DNA from: Octopus vulgaris
Lineage: Eukaryota
DNA length: 64,000 nt
Assembly (NCBI GenBank): GCA_951406725.2
Contig: OX597824.1
Span: 26,350,001 to 26,414,000, forward strand
Direction of reading: 5' to 3'
Both the position numbers and the translations under genes were made by a program. Shown in pieces: positions 1 through 15,257 of this stretch; within the stretch, counting starts at the first letter, position 1, and every line of letters starts with the position of its first letter. Below the pieces are notes generated by a model that was given only the letters and a program-made list of their open reading frames with translations, did no database searches and was not told the origin of the DNA.

Positions 1-81
1 CGATTGGGCAAAACAGACCAATAGAATAGGCTAACAAAGAATAAGCCGACTAAAGGCAGTACTCCAGCATGGCTAAAAAAT

Positions 82-355
82 AAAGTCGACCTCGGCGGCA
101 TTTGAAAGACAGACGAAATACCTATTTCTTTACTACCCACAAGGGGCTAAACACAGAGAGGACAAACAAGGACAGACAAACGAATTAAGTCGATTATATC
201 GACCCTTGTGTGTAACTGGTATTTATTTAATCGACCCCGAAAGGATGAAAGGCAAAGGCGACCTCGGCGGAATTTGAACTCAGAACGTAACGGCAGACGA
301 AATACGGCTAAGCATTTCGCCCGGCGTGCAAAAGTTTCTGCCAGCTCGCCGCCTT
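82..355 (-). mobile_element. SINE family B copy (tRNA-like head GGCGGCGAGCTGGCAGAA, B-box GAGTTCAAATTCC)
   Basis: Reverse complement matches the copies at 35709, 49005 and 54435. Confidence 0.8.
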
Positions 356-973
356 TGAAAGTGCAACAGATATTATCATAAGCTTTAATCTTCTCAATCG
401 AGAGTTCATCTTCCGATATTTCTTCTCATGCTTCTTTCAACTACTATTTCAATGGAAATTAGAAAACTGTGCTGTCTTTTTTTCAGGTACAAATACGTTG
501 CTTTTGCGTTGCCCTCTCTTGGATGTGATCATGAGGCTAAAGGACGCTTCTAATTCGCCCAGTTAATTCTTTTTGTGGCAATTTTTTCAAAGCACAGAAA
601 GTGAGCGATAACCGGGGAAAATGTAGAAACTATAATGACTACGGATATAAGTCCTCTGTTACAGATTTGTTTTTGTTTAAGTGTTGTTTTTGTCATATTG
701 TTTAAAATATTTGTTAAACTGTTCGAAATAATTTCTTTTTCTATTTTACGTCCATTTAAATGTCTAATATTTCTTCCTTTTGTTGTAAGTGTTTTTTTTT
801 CTGTGGTATAATCTGTTTTGGTAATGTCTTTTTATTTTGCTTTCGTCGCTGATTTTTTTTTATTAATTTTCTTTTACTGAGGGTTGTCTGGGAACATGTT
901 TTGATGTGAAAAATCGTCAAAATGTGAAAACAAAATGAAGCAATTATAACATCACTTATAAATTACCGTATAT

Positions 974-1008
<35 letters not shown>

Positions 1009-1176
1009 ACACACAAACACACACACACACACATACACGCACACATACACACACACCACACACATTTATACATATATAAACAAATACATACACACGTATG
1101 TATATTTATATATATATATGCAAACTTACATATATACATATACAGACGTACTAATATACACATATCTGTGTGTCTA

Positions 1177-1226
<50 letters not shown>

Positions 1227-1282
1227 TATGCACATGTATGTATATATGCATATATATTCATACACTTATACGATGTATGTAA

Positions 1283-1329
<47 letters not shown>

Positions 1330-1344
1330 TATATATATATTATA

Positions 1345-1756
1345 TACTCTTTTACTTGTTTCAGTCATGTGACTGTGGCCATGCTGGAGCACCATCTTTA
1401 GTCGAGCAAACTGACCACAGGACTTATTCTTTCTAAGCCTAGTACTTATTCTATCGGCCCCTTTTGCCGAACCGCTAGGTTACGGGGACGTAAACACAGC
1501 AGCATCTGTTGTCAAGCGATGTTAGGGTGACAAAGACAGACACATAAACATATACACAATATACATACAATATATATATAAATATATATATACACATATA
1601 TACGACGGGCTTATTTCAGTTTACGTCTACCAAATTCACTCGCAAGGCTTTGGTCGGCCCGAGGCTATAGTAGAGGACACTTGCCCGAGGTACCACGCAG
1701 TGGGACTGAACCGAGAACTATGTGGTTCGTAAGCAAGCTACTTCCAACACAGCCAC
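1345..1756 (-). mobile_element. SINE family A copy (tRNA-derived, internal TA/TG microsatellite)
   Basis: Matches full copy 43476-43880; A-box TGGCTGTGTTGG-like, B-box GGTTCAGTCCC on minus strand. Confidence 0.85.
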
Positions 1757-2005
1757 TTCCATTAAAAGAGAGATATGTATAGAAGACGCATTTATGTATA
1801 CAGACATACACATGTATGTTTTTTACTCTTTTATTTGTTTCAGTTGTTTGACTGCGGCAATACTGGAGCATCGCCTTTAGTCGAACAGGTCAACCCTAGG
1901 ACTTATTCTTTGTAAGCCTAGTACTTATTGAGGTATTGAAAATCTTGTTGAACGTTGGGAAGAAGTTGTAAATTACAAGGGCGAATACATTATTGATTAA
2001 TTAGT

Positions 2006-2415
2006 TACTCTTTTACTCTTTTACTTGTTTCAGTCATTCGACTGCGGCCATGCTGGAGCACCGCCTTTAGTCGAGCAAATCAACCCCGGGACTTATTCTT
2101 TGTAAGCCCAGTACTTATTCGATCGGTCTCTTTTGCCGAACCGCTAAGTGACGGGGACGTAAACACACCAGCATCGGTTGTCAAGCAATGCTAGGGGGAC
2201 AAACACAGACACACAAACATATACACACACACTTATATATATACATATATACGACAGGCTTCTTTCAGTTTCCGTCTACCAAATCCACTCACAAGGCATT
2301 GATCGGCCCGGGGCTATAGCAGAAGACACTTGCCCAAGATGCCACGCAATGGGACTGAACCCGGAACCATGTGGTTGGTTAGCAAGCTACTTACCACACA
2401 GCCACTCCTGCGCCT
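2006..2415 (-). mobile_element. SINE family A, full length
   Basis: Minus strand begins AGGCGCAGGAGTGGCTGTGTGG and ends in (GAGTAAAA)n tail. Confidence 0.88.
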
Positions 2416-2641
2416 GTTCATTTTTATTAAACCTTAAAAAAAACAAAAAAAAAAACGGCGGGAACTTAGTTGCCAACCCAATACACACACACACACACAC
2501 ACATATGTATATGCATATATATATGAGAGTAATTTCAAAGGGAATGAAAAATAAAAACATTTACCATGTTTTACAGTCGGACCTTAGATTTCGAACTTTA
2601 ATCAGCAAATTGAATAATTTGCAAGGCGAAGATCTCATCAT

Positions 2642-2719
<78 letters not shown>

Positions 2720-2815
2720 ATATATATATATGTATGTATAGGCATATATATATATGTATATATATATATATTTATATATATATATATATATGTATATATA
2801 AGTATATATACATAT

Positions 2816-3136
2816 ATTCCCAGACCAGGCATTATGAGTGTTTATTGAGCGAAAACACCTAAAGCTCCACGAGGCTCCGGCAGGGATGGTGGTGATCCCT
2901 GCTGTACTCTTTCACCACAACTTTTTTTCACTCTTACTTCCTGTTTCTGTTGTACCTGTATTTCAAAGGGCCGGCCTTGTCACTCTCTGTGTCACGCTGA
3001 ATATCCCTGAGAACTACTTTAGGGGTGCACGTGTCTGTGGAGTGCTCAGCCACTTACACGTTAATTTCACGAGCAGGCTGTTCCGTTGATTCGGATCAAC
3101 CTTAACCTTCGTCGTCGTAACCGACGGAATGCTTCC
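2816..3136 (+). mobile_element. SINE family C, 5'-truncated
   Basis: Near-identical to the reverse complement of 10428-10750. Confidence 0.8.
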
Positions 3137-3794
3137 ATCCACATATACATATAAATACGTATATACATGCACATACATGCATATAAGTATATCTAAATGA
3201 CATACATGCTCACAGATGTATTTGGTGATCATATAATCATATGCATAGTCAAAGTAACAAGACATAAAGATCACCAGCGTTATTTTATTTTTTTAAAAAT
3301 CCTATTCAATGCAAGTACGACCAGATACCATGAGAATACTCTGTCGCTATCCACTCAAACAAGCATCGATTTTAGATTCTCTTTAGTTGCCATTTGTACA
3401 ACAATCCGCCATATCTCACCGCCATTACGTTCACAAACGTTTGCGCTTAATGGGCCAGACATCTTGATTCTTTTACAAATTGGTCTACGTACATGGATAC
3501 ATGGTCTGCTTTTGCCGATTGCAATGTGGTAATTAGTATTCAATTTGTCTTAACTGCGGAACATTGTTGCAATAACTGCAGCCAGAAGCGTTGCAATAGT
3601 TGGCAGTGACATGTGCAGAGGAGAGAACGAGAAGACGAGAAAGGAAATATAAAAAAAGAGGAGGAAAAAAGGAAAAGTAATTTAGATGAAAAAGACGGTG
3701 GTTAAGACGGAGTGGCGGTGGGAGATAAAGAGTCAGTGAGGGAGGGAGGGAGGGAGAAAGAAATAGCAAAGGGTAGAGAGAAACAGGAAGAATC

Positions 3795-3825
<31 letters not shown>

Positions 3826-4064
3826 TGGCGAGGAATGTTGAGAAATAACTTGAGCAGACATAAGTAATAAATATAACTATTGATAAATAAATTGATATGA
3901 ATAATGGCGGAATGTAGGGAAGGGTGCGGCGGCGGCGGCGGTGGTGGTGGTAGAGGTAGGGTATGATGGCTAGATGTATGCGTCAATGTGTGTTTGTGTA
4001 TGTGTGTATGTGTATGTGGGTTTGGGGGCGCGAGTATGTATTCACTCTCTCATACATACATGCA

Positions 4065-4129
<65 letters not shown>

Positions 4130-4132
4130 ACA

Positions 4133-4178
<46 letters not shown>

Positions 4179-4399
4179 TATATGTATATATGTATATATA
4201 TATATATGCCTATATAAGCACATACCGAGACAAGAATACGAATAGGGACTGTGCATTGGATAATAACACACACGCACACACACACACACATGTGCACAAA
4301 TATGCACAAGTGCACACACACACGCACACACACAAGACATATGCATATGCATGCATATGTATATTACATTTTATTTGATTTATTTATTTGTTTTTGTTC

Positions 4400-4991
4400 G
4401 TTTACTTGTTTCAGTCATTTGACTGCGGCCATGGCCTTTAGTCGAACAAATCGACCCCAGCACTTATTCTTTGTATGCCTGTTACTTATTCTACCGGTCT
4501 CTTTTGCCGAACCGCTAAGTTATGGTGACGTAAACACACCAACACCGGTTGTCAAGCGAAGGTGGGGCACACAGACACACAAACATATACACATATATAC
4601 TCTTTACACTTTTACTTGTTTCAGTCATTTGACTGCGACCGCCTTTAGTCGAGCAAATGGACCCCGGGACTTATTCTTTGTAAGCCCAGTACTTATTCTA
4701 TCGGTCTCTTTTGCCGAACCACTAAGTGACGGGGACGTAAACACACCAGCATCGGTTGTCAAGCAATGCTAGGGGGACAAACACAGACATACAAACACAC
4801 ACACATACACACACATATAGATACATATATACGACAGGCTTCTTTCTGTGTCCGTCAACCAAATCCACTCACAAGGCATTGGTCAGCCCGGGGCTATAGC
4901 AGAAGACACTTGCCCGAGATGCCACGCAGTGGGACTGAACCCGGAACCATGTGGTTGGTTAGCAAGCTACTTACCACACAGCCACTCCTCC
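4400..4991 (-). mobile_element. SINE family A: partial copy plus adjacent full copy
   Basis: Two successive matches to the family A sequence. Confidence 0.8.
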
Positions 4992-5497
4992 GTTTTTATC
5001 TTTCTCTCTCTTTCATTGCCCGCACGTCACAATCATCCGTCTTTCTTTTCTTCATGTGACAACTCTTCTTTTCCTGCACGGACGTTCTAAGGACTAGACG
5101 TCTTCTATCTGTCTCTTCTATCTCTTCTCTTTTCAAAAGAAAATATTTCTCTCAGCGTTCACTATTTTCCCCTCGTTCTGATCTAACAACCTTCCATGTT
5201 TTTTTTTTTTCGTTCGGTTTCCTTGTATGTCTCCACTGTTCTGTTTTTGTTCCCAACTTTGACTCTCCATAAATTCCAAAATTTAATTTTGAAAGTTATG
5301 GGAGCAGCTGTCTTCGAAGACTCATATTGTCGTTGAATGCTCGAAATGAGGAGTAGATAGACAGAAACAACTGACGAGGCGTCGTTCTTTGCGTTACTTG
5401 TCCTGTTTTCCATTTCTTTCTCGTTGTTTGCATATTTAACTCGTTTGTTTTCGTACTTCATGTTGTTTACAGTTGGTGGCGTTCAGTACCCATATAT

Positions 5498-5552
<55 letters not shown>

Positions 5553-6256
5553 CTACAAATGAGAAAATGGAGAAACAGAATTTGTCCCGAGAGCAGTGGA
5601 AGAGTGTTACTTTTTCGGACGAATCATCCTGTACCTTATTTCCGACCACCGGCCGAGTATACGTGTAGAGACAGCCAAAAGAAGCATATGATCCAGACTG
5701 CCTTCTTGCAACTGTTAAATATGGAGGAGGATCTGTTATGATTTGGTGGGGTGGGTGGGTCTATATCTTCGAAATCCACCGGGCCAATGGTTTCCCTTCA
5801 TGGCAGAATTAATAGTCAAGACTATTTAAGCATTTTATCTTATCAAATTCATCCTATGATTGAGGAACTGTTTCCAGAGGGAAACGCAATCTTTCAGGAT
5901 GATAATGCACCAATTCACACATCTAAAGCTGTTATTGAATGACACGTGAAACATGCTAGTGAAGTTGAACATCTTATCTGGCCACCAAAGTTTCCTGATC
6001 TCAGTATTATTGAACATTTATGGTGCATTTTAGAAAAACAAGTAAGGAGTCGATATCTTCCACCATCATCACTACAAGAACTGGAGACTGTTTTAGCTGA
6101 AGAATGGGCAACAATTACTTTGGAAACAATTGAAACTTTGTACGAATCCATACCTCGTAGAATTCAAGCTGTAAATACTGTCAAAGGCGGTCCTAGCCTA
6201 TGTTAAAATAAATGTGTTTGAAATTTTAATGTGTTTGCATTATTTTGTCCAACCCC

Positions 6257-6258
<2 letters not shown>
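5553..6258 (+). pseudogene. Tc1-family (DD34E) transposase remnant with 3' TIR
   Basis: WKSVTFSDESS, FQDDNAPIH, WPPKFPDLSIIEHLW, IPRRIQAV..KGG motifs across frameshifts and a stop; ends in TIR-like TTATTTTGTCCAACCCCTG. Confidence 0.9.
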
Positions 6259-6322
<64 letters not shown>

Positions 6323-6496
6323 CATATATGCTATGGGTTTCTTTCAGTTTCTGTCTGCCAAATCCACTCACAAGGCTTTGGTCTGCCCTAGGCTATAGTG
6401 TAAGATACTTGCCCAAGATGCCACGTAGTGGGACTGAACCAGGAACCATGTGGTTGAGTACTTCACAGCCACTTCTGAACCTATTATGTATGTACA

Positions 6497-6549
<53 letters not shown>

Positions 6550-6782
6550 AGGTGTACTTGCATAGCAAGTGACCTGTTCTGAGATCATGTGCTGGAACGA
6601 AAACAATTGCAGCGTGGAAGGTGTTTATAAACCATTTAACAAACAGACAAAAACAGACTTCAACATTTAAATTTAATTTCCCAAAATATTTTTATCGCTT
6701 TGAGACGGCGACCTGTCCATTGACAAAATTCTGTTCTGCAACACAGAATATATATATATATATATCATATGTATATGTATAA

Positions 6783-6831
<49 letters not shown>

Positions 6832-7212
6832 TATATATATGTATGTATAAATATATATGTGCGTGTGCACGTATGTATCTGTGTTAGTCTACTCTGCAGA
6901 GTTAGAGAGGGATTAACAAACACAGAGTAGATGGTAAATACATATGCGCGCGCTCATACACACACACACGCACGCGTGCACTCACTCACACACAGACACA
7001 CGCACGCTCACACATGCAGACATAAAACACATACACACGCATAGATGTGTGTATATAATTACTTCTATAGATTGACAAGTAACTAGTCGAGAAAATAAAT
7101 ATGTAAGCTCATTTAATGTGCATCTACGACTGTGGATGTATGTACGTACGTATGTATGTATGTACGCACGTATGTATGTATGTGTGTATATATGTATGTA
7201 TGTATGTATATA

Positions 7213-7437
7213 TACTCTTTCTCTTTATTCTTTTACTTGTTTCAGTCATTTGACTGCGGCCATGCTGGAGCACCGCCTTTAGTCGAGCAAATCGACTCCG
7301 GGACTTATTCTTTGTAAGCCCAGTACTTCTTCTATCGGGCTCTTTTGCCGAACCGCTAAGTGACGGGGACGTAAACACACCAGCATCGGTTGTCAAATAA
7401 TGCTAGGGGGACAAACACAGACACACAAACACATACA

Positions 7438-7507
<70 letters not shown>

Positions 7508-7685
7508 TATATACAAATATACGACAGGCTTCTTTCAGTTTCCGTCTGCCAAATCCACTCACAAGGCATTGGTCTGCCCGGGGCTATAGCAGAAGACACT
7601 TGCCCAAGATGCCACGCAGTGGGACTGAACCCGGAACCATGTGGTTGGTTAGCAAGCTACTTACCACACAGCCACTCTTGCGCCT
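7213..7685 (-). mobile_element. SINE family A, full length
   Basis: Matches family A head, internal microsatellite and tail. Confidence 0.88.
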
Positions 7686-7779
7686 GTATGTAGGTATGTA
7701 TCTGTCTGTCTATCTGTCTGTCAGTCAGTCAGACCGTAAAGATAAACAAAATGCGCATAGCATTTTATCTGACGTGCTC

Positions 7780-8465
7780 TTCTTCCAGCACTCTGTCATA
7801 ATGACCAATTATAAGCAAAACTTCGATGTCACTATCACTCCCCTTCTGGTAAAAGTATATGATATATATATGTATATAACTATATATATACCAGGAGTGG
7901 CTATGTGGTAAGTAGCTTGCTTACCAACCACGTGGTCCCGGGTTCTGTTCCACTGCGTGGCTTCTTGAGCCAGTTTCTTCTACTATAGCCTCGGGCCGAC
8001 CAAATTCTTTTATTTTTTCATTTCGTTCCTTTCGGAATTTTATCTCTAATTTTGTGGTTTTAGAACCTAGTTGTTCTTTCTAGCGTGATGTGGATTCCTC
8101 TTACGTGTATAAATGTGTTTGTGTGTCTGCGTTTGTCCCCCAATAACTCTTGACAACCGATGCTGGTGTGGTTACGTCCCCGTAAATTAGCGGTTGTGCC
8201 AAAGAGTCCGACAGAATAAATACTCGGCTTACAAAGAATAAGCCCTGGGATCGATTTTCTCGACGAAAGGTGCCGCTGCAGTATGGCCGCTGTCAAATGA
8301 CTGAAACAAGTAAAAGATTAAAAGAAAGAATACGTATATTGTTTTATTTTATTTTTACTTGTTTCAGTCATTTGACTGCGGCCATATATATATATGTATG
8401 TATAGACTCACGACATGTATGTATGAATACACACATCTTCATAAATACAGAGAAAGAAAGAGAGA

Positions 8466-8500
<35 letters not shown>

Positions 8501-9093
8501 AGAGGGAAAGGCAAATACAGATAAAGGGAAAACGTAGGAAGATGTACTAATTATGATCGTCTGCTTTTTCTCGATTTCTTCGTCGGTCAATAAACTCAGG
8601 TCTGCCTGGTTTGGTTATAACATATCCAGCTGTCGATCGTATGCATGCAATCATTAAAATCGACTTTAATTTCTCCGAACAATTTCTGTCAATGTCCGGG
8701 CAATTAAGTACAAACCATCATGTGCAGTATGTAGTTGAGGAAATAGTTATAGGCTTAAATTAAGGTTTTATGCTAATATTACGCTAATGCACTGTGGCCT
8801 CTTCACGGTCGTTCGGTCTGCCTGAAATGGCAGTCAGATCTTTATCAAATCATAAACTACTGCTTTGTATATTATTTTGCAGTCGTAGTACATACTTTTA
8901 AAACGTTGAGTGAAGGTAACACATGGAATGCCTTTGCCTATCGGTATGGTAGTGTAGGGATGAAGCTCGCTTTGCAAATACGTGGTCCCAGTTTCAGTCC
9001 TTCTACGCGGTATCTTGGTTATGTGTATCCTATAATAGCCCGGGATGGATCGATCAATGCTTGGAAGACGGAAGCTGTGTGACTGTGGCAGCC

Positions 9094-9124
<31 letters not shown>

Positions 9125-9172
9125 CATACACATACACCAACATAAATGCATACATACTTGTACACTCGCACT

Positions 9173-9236
<64 letters not shown>

Positions 9237-9265
9237 CATACATATACATATATATATACATACAT

Positions 9266-9309
<44 letters not shown>

Positions 9310-9585
9310 AGATAGGGGTTGCAAATTCAACCCTCCATGGGATAACATATATCCAATATACTGCTAGTATATGTATATATTTATATATATTTATATTATA
9401 TTTATTTATATCCTCTTATAATGATTGTACCTATTGTATTGTATTACTCATTCATGTACGCTGTTTAGTTATATATTTTTATGTTTAACCTTAATGTTCT
9501 TATGTAGTGGTTCAATAAAGTATGTGATTGGGTATTATCTGGTAGTTGATTAATGATTTAGATGTATTTCTCCATTTTCTTATTT

Positions 9586-9640
<55 letters not shown>

Positions 9641-10186
9641 ACATACACACACACATATAGTAGAGCGAGTAGCCACGTCTAGCTATTTTGCTTTTATATA
9701 TAGGAGTAAATGTACAAGCAAGTTAGGCAAGTCCATATACAAAAGAATATTAAATACATTTAATACAAAATATGTACATATGTATACATACAAAAAAGGT
9801 CTGACTTACATAGAATAGAAATGATATTAGGAATTAAAGGGATTGAATAAGAGTTTTACGAGTCCAACAGCTGTTTCGGGGGGGGGGGGGTCGAAAATAA
9901 CGATTGTAAATTCATTCCATCATCGGGCAACTACGAAAGGAGCGAAATGAAAAATAAAAGAATTTGGTCGGCCCGAGGCTATAGTAGAAGAAACTGGCTC
10001 AAGAAGCCACGCAGTGGAACAGAACCCGGGACCACGTGGTTGGTAAGCAAGCCACTTACCACATAGCCACTCCTGGTATATATATAGTTATATACATATA
10101 TATCATATACTTTTACCAGAAGGGGAGTGATAGTGACATCGAAGTTTTGCTTTATAATTGGTCATTATGACAGAGTGCTGAAAGAA
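7780..10186. repeat. Near-identical ~255-bp inverted duplication (7780-8034 / 9934-10186) flanking ~1.9 kb
   Basis: Direct comparison; arms share unique sequence and a SINE A head with the same private substitutions. Confidence 0.9.
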
Positions 10187-10427
10187 TTTTACATTTGAAG
10201 TGCTGAGAGAATAGAGTTTAAAGATGTTTATACATGATAAGTTTCAAAAATTAAATAGAAGCATGATAAAGGGGTGAACGGAAAATGCACACACATGACA
10301 TGAACATGCTCTTTCCTCGTCAGGTATCGTCCAAATTACTGTTACATTTTCACGTGTTTAACGATAATATTGTTCAGTTTTGGTGGCATCAACTGCGAAT
10401 AGCTGCTGGGAATAATGAACAAACGTT

Positions 10428-10810
10428 GGGAAGCACTCCGTCGGTTACGACGACGAGGGTTCCGGTTGATCCGAATCAACGGAACAGCCTGCTCGTCAAA
10501 TTAACGTGTAAGTGGCTAAGCACTCCACAGACACGTGTACCCTTAACATAGTTTTCGGGGATATTCAACGTGACACAGAGAGTGACACGGCCGGCCCTTT
10601 GAAATACAGGTACAACAGAAACAGGAAGTAAGAGTAAGAGAAAGTTGTGGTGAAAGAGTACAACAGGGATCACCACCATCCCTGCCGGAGCCTCGTGGAG
10701 CTTTAGGTGTTTTCGCTCAATAAACACTCACAACGCCCGGTCTGGGAATCGAAACCGCGATCCTACGACCGCGAGTCCGCTGCCCTAACCACTGGGCCAT
10801 TGCACCTCCA
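10428..10810 (-). mobile_element. SINE family C, full length, tRNA(Arg)-like head
   Basis: Minus strand GGAGGTGCAATGGCCCAGTGGTTAGGGCAGCGGACTCGCGGTC...GGTTTCGATTCCC (A-box, TCG anticodon-like loop, B-box). Confidence 0.85.
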
Positions 10811-11324
10811 CTGAACAAACGTTGACGGCGGTGACGAAAATAAAATACGACACAGGTATAAAAGTAAATATACAAAAAAAATAATACTTTATAGAAAACA
10901 AAATAATGGTTGTGAGGCTGAGACCAGACAAGACGTGTGTATAAGTAACACAATGGAAAATTTCACACATACAAATGCACACTGAGTAAGTGTCTTCTAT
11001 TATAGCCTCGGACAAACTAAATCCTTGTGAGCGGATTTGGTGGACGGAAGCTGAATGAAGCTTGCGCCTCCCATGAATAAATATATATATTTGTGTATTT
11101 TTGTCTGCCTTTGCTGCCCACCACTGCTTGACAACCTGACAACCGGTATTGGTGTGTTTACATTCTCGCAACATTAATGGTTCGGCAAAAGAGAAGGACA
11201 GAATAAATATCAGACTAAAATAAAAGTACTGGGGTCGATTCGTTCGACAAAAATTTCTTCAAGGAGGTGCTCCAGCATGGCCACAGTCTAATGACTGAAA
11301 CAAGCAACATATAAAATATACATC

Positions 11325-11650
11325 ATTTACAGTGGACTGATAGGTATCCTCACTTTGTTTTTATCACAACGCTTCAGCTGATGTACTCTCCAGCCTTCAT
11401 CAGGTGTTCTAGAGGAATTTCGAACCCAACCCTTTATTTGAATAATGGGGTACACTGTTCTCATTCCTAAGGTATGTTGCTGATGTTATTTTTCTGTTGA
11501 TATTATTTTTTAAGTTCCTGGGGTCCCATTTGTCAAATAAAGTGTTGGATTCGAAATTCCACTAGAACACCTGATGAAGGCTGGAGAGAACATCAGTTGA
11601 AACGTTGTGATAACAAACAGAGTGAGGACACCTATCCGTCCATTGTAAAT
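11325..11650. mobile_element. Inverted-repeat element (arms 11325-11452 / 11521-11650), each arm with a minimal type I hammerhead motif; PLE pLTR-like
   Basis: Right arm: CAC-CTGATGA-A-GGCTG...CAGTT-GAAAC-GTT-GTG (11568-11609); mirrored on the minus strand in the left arm. Confidence 0.75.
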
Positions 11651-12451
11651 ATTGTACATAGTTTCTCACCTTAGAAATATAAAACAGGTAAAGATATGTT
11701 CGTGTGTGTGTGTTTGTGGCTCTAGTAGGAAACACTTGCTCAAAGTACCACACAGTGGGATTGAACTTAAACCCATGTGCATGGGAAACAAACTTCTTAC
11801 GACAGAGACAAGTCTGTCAACCAACTAATCGATTGTTTGATTAATCGTTCGGGGAGAGCATGTAAATGATGAGGTTACGAATGACGATGAAAGAACATTG
11901 ATAAATATAAACGATTATCTAAATAACCGAACGATTATTGAAATAATCCATTAGTTAACGGGTTAAAAGTTTTACCAATGGACAAATAAGTACTAAAGAC
12001 GGAAAAATTGAACCATTCTGTGTGTTTATCATTGGCTTTATGACCCGCCCGAGACAGAACAAAACATTATTATCCATTCTTTATTATGTTTTCTTCACAA
12101 ACACCATCATATCTAAAGACTGGAAAGACTGCTTCATGGAATCTCAAAAGAAAACTCTAGAATTAGCAACAAATAAACAAGTGACTCAAAATATGACGGA
12201 AGCGTGTATCTATACGACCTCAAGTATCAGTTAATGGCGGCAAAAGTATTTCCGGTTGTCCAGCTTTCGTTTGTACACTGTACTCACGTAACTTGTATGG
12301 GTTTGCAACATATTTTCAAACAGAAAAGAAAAACAAAAACAACAAAAAAGCAAAAACGGCTTGATATACCTCACTCCCATGATTGACATTCCTTATCTTT
12401 ACTTACATAAATGCACATACACACATAGACACAGTCACAGATAGACACACA

Positions 12452-12531
<80 letters not shown>

Positions 12532-12867
12532 TATATAAATATGTACATGTATACATACATACATACGTACATATATTTATGTATGTATAGACGTTGCTGT
12601 GTGAAGTTTGCTTGCCAAATACATGGCTCCAGGTTCAGTCCCAGTCCTACTGAGTGACACCTTGTGTAACTATATTCTACTATAGCCTCGAGCCGACCAA
12701 AGCATTGTGGTTCAGGGAAACTGAAAGAAGTCCGTCGTATATATGTATATATCTGTGCATGTGTGTCCATGTCTCTGTATTGTCCTACCCCCCAGATCAC
12801 CGCTTGACAACCGGTTTTGATGTTTTTACGTCCCCATAACTTAGCTGTTTGGCAAAAAATACCAACA

Positions 12868-12931
<64 letters not shown>

Positions 12932-13478
12932 GAAAATAGAGGAACAGATTCCTTTCAATCATCAACTTACAGATAATACCAATTCATATAATTTATTAAC
13001 TAATTAAATAGGAACATCCAAATCCAACAGAATAAAACAGAATAAAACAATATACATCAATAAGTAAGGTAATACCATAAATATATATATATATATATAT
13101 ATGATGAAATCCCACAAATTTTCTGTCAAGCAAATTCAGTCACAAGGCCTTGGCTGGCTCGAGGTTATTATAGAAGACACTTGCCCAAGGTGCCGCGCAG
13201 TATGACTGAACCTGAAACCGCAGAGTTACAACGATTACTTTTGACGTATACACAGAGAAAGAAGTAGATAGAATAGACAAGATTTAAGCACAAAAGGAAA
13301 ACAAAATGAAAGCTGAACATACAGCGTTCAACGTGAATATCAGAATAAATGACACAATGATTTTGATTGCAAATACACCCCCCCACACACAAACACACAC
13401 ACACATAAATCCAAAGAATAGAACAAGAACGCAACATATATATATATATATGTATCTAGATATATACATAAACATACA

Positions 13479-13545
<67 letters not shown>

Positions 13546-13648
13546 CATGCATATATATGGACACATATATATGCACATTTATGTGCATAAACATTCACAC
13601 TCACACCCTACATATCAATATATATATAAATATAGTACATTAATAATG

Positions 13649-13689
<41 letters not shown>

Positions 13690-13711
13690 TATTATTATTA
13701 TTATTATTAAT

Positions 13712-13752
<41 letters not shown>

Positions 13753-13952
13753 CCTATAGATTCTTAGACGCCATATCTATGTATACACATATATGTGTAT
13801 AAATATATACATAGATGCATATATACATATATGTATATATATATCTATTTATGTATATATATATATATTTCATATGTATACACAAACACACATCACTCTC
13901 TCTCTCTATCTCGGTCTGTCTATCTATCTATCTATCTATCTATCTCGGTCTG

Positions 13953-14023
<71 letters not shown>

Positions 14024-14217
14024 GTCTATCTATCTATCTGTCTATCTCTTTGTCTATTATATATAACACTCACGTACACAAACAAATACATTCACTACAT
14101 CCGATTTATGACGTATAACAAGAAAATATGGCGAAGCCGACCAAAAGAGATGGCTATAAGTTTACATACATGTCTCAAGTGAACCGGAAAGAAGACTAAG
14201 GCAGAAGACAACGGTGG

Positions 14218-14251
<34 letters not shown>

Positions 14252-14500
14252 GGTGATGATCGGTTTTACAAGTTTGGTCCCCGCGCCAGTTGTCCGCTAT
14301 CTGCAAATGATTTCCCACCATGTACTGCATAAACAACGTTTTAAAAAGATGCAGGATAATACATAAGCGTTTATTTGCTGGATAATTATAGGTTAAAAAA
14401 AAAAAGATGGCAGTTGGATATGATTTATATAGGTTTTAGCAAACAATTATTTATTTTGCTTTATTTACAGTATTCCTATACGTTAGTGTTTGCTTATGTA

Positions 14501-15085
<585 letters not shown>

Positions 15086-15257
15086 ATATATGCATATATA
15101 TATATAGACGTAACACTAGGTTCAACAACAGACTCCAGAACAGAGCACCACAAACTCACTCTGACAATTATAACAACATGAGACAGATAAATAATAGCTT
15201 TGAACATAACTACACCAACCATTTTTTAGACCCCACACACAGGAACAGGGACACACG

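Noticed and set aside
2178-3089. Recurrent peptides such as EDTCPRCHAVGLNPEPCG and [16 protein letters not shown]
   Set aside because: They recur because they are SINE translations, not a gene family
10735-10810. tRNA-Arg gene
   Set aside because: Acceptor and T stems do not close and the sequence continues into a SINE body
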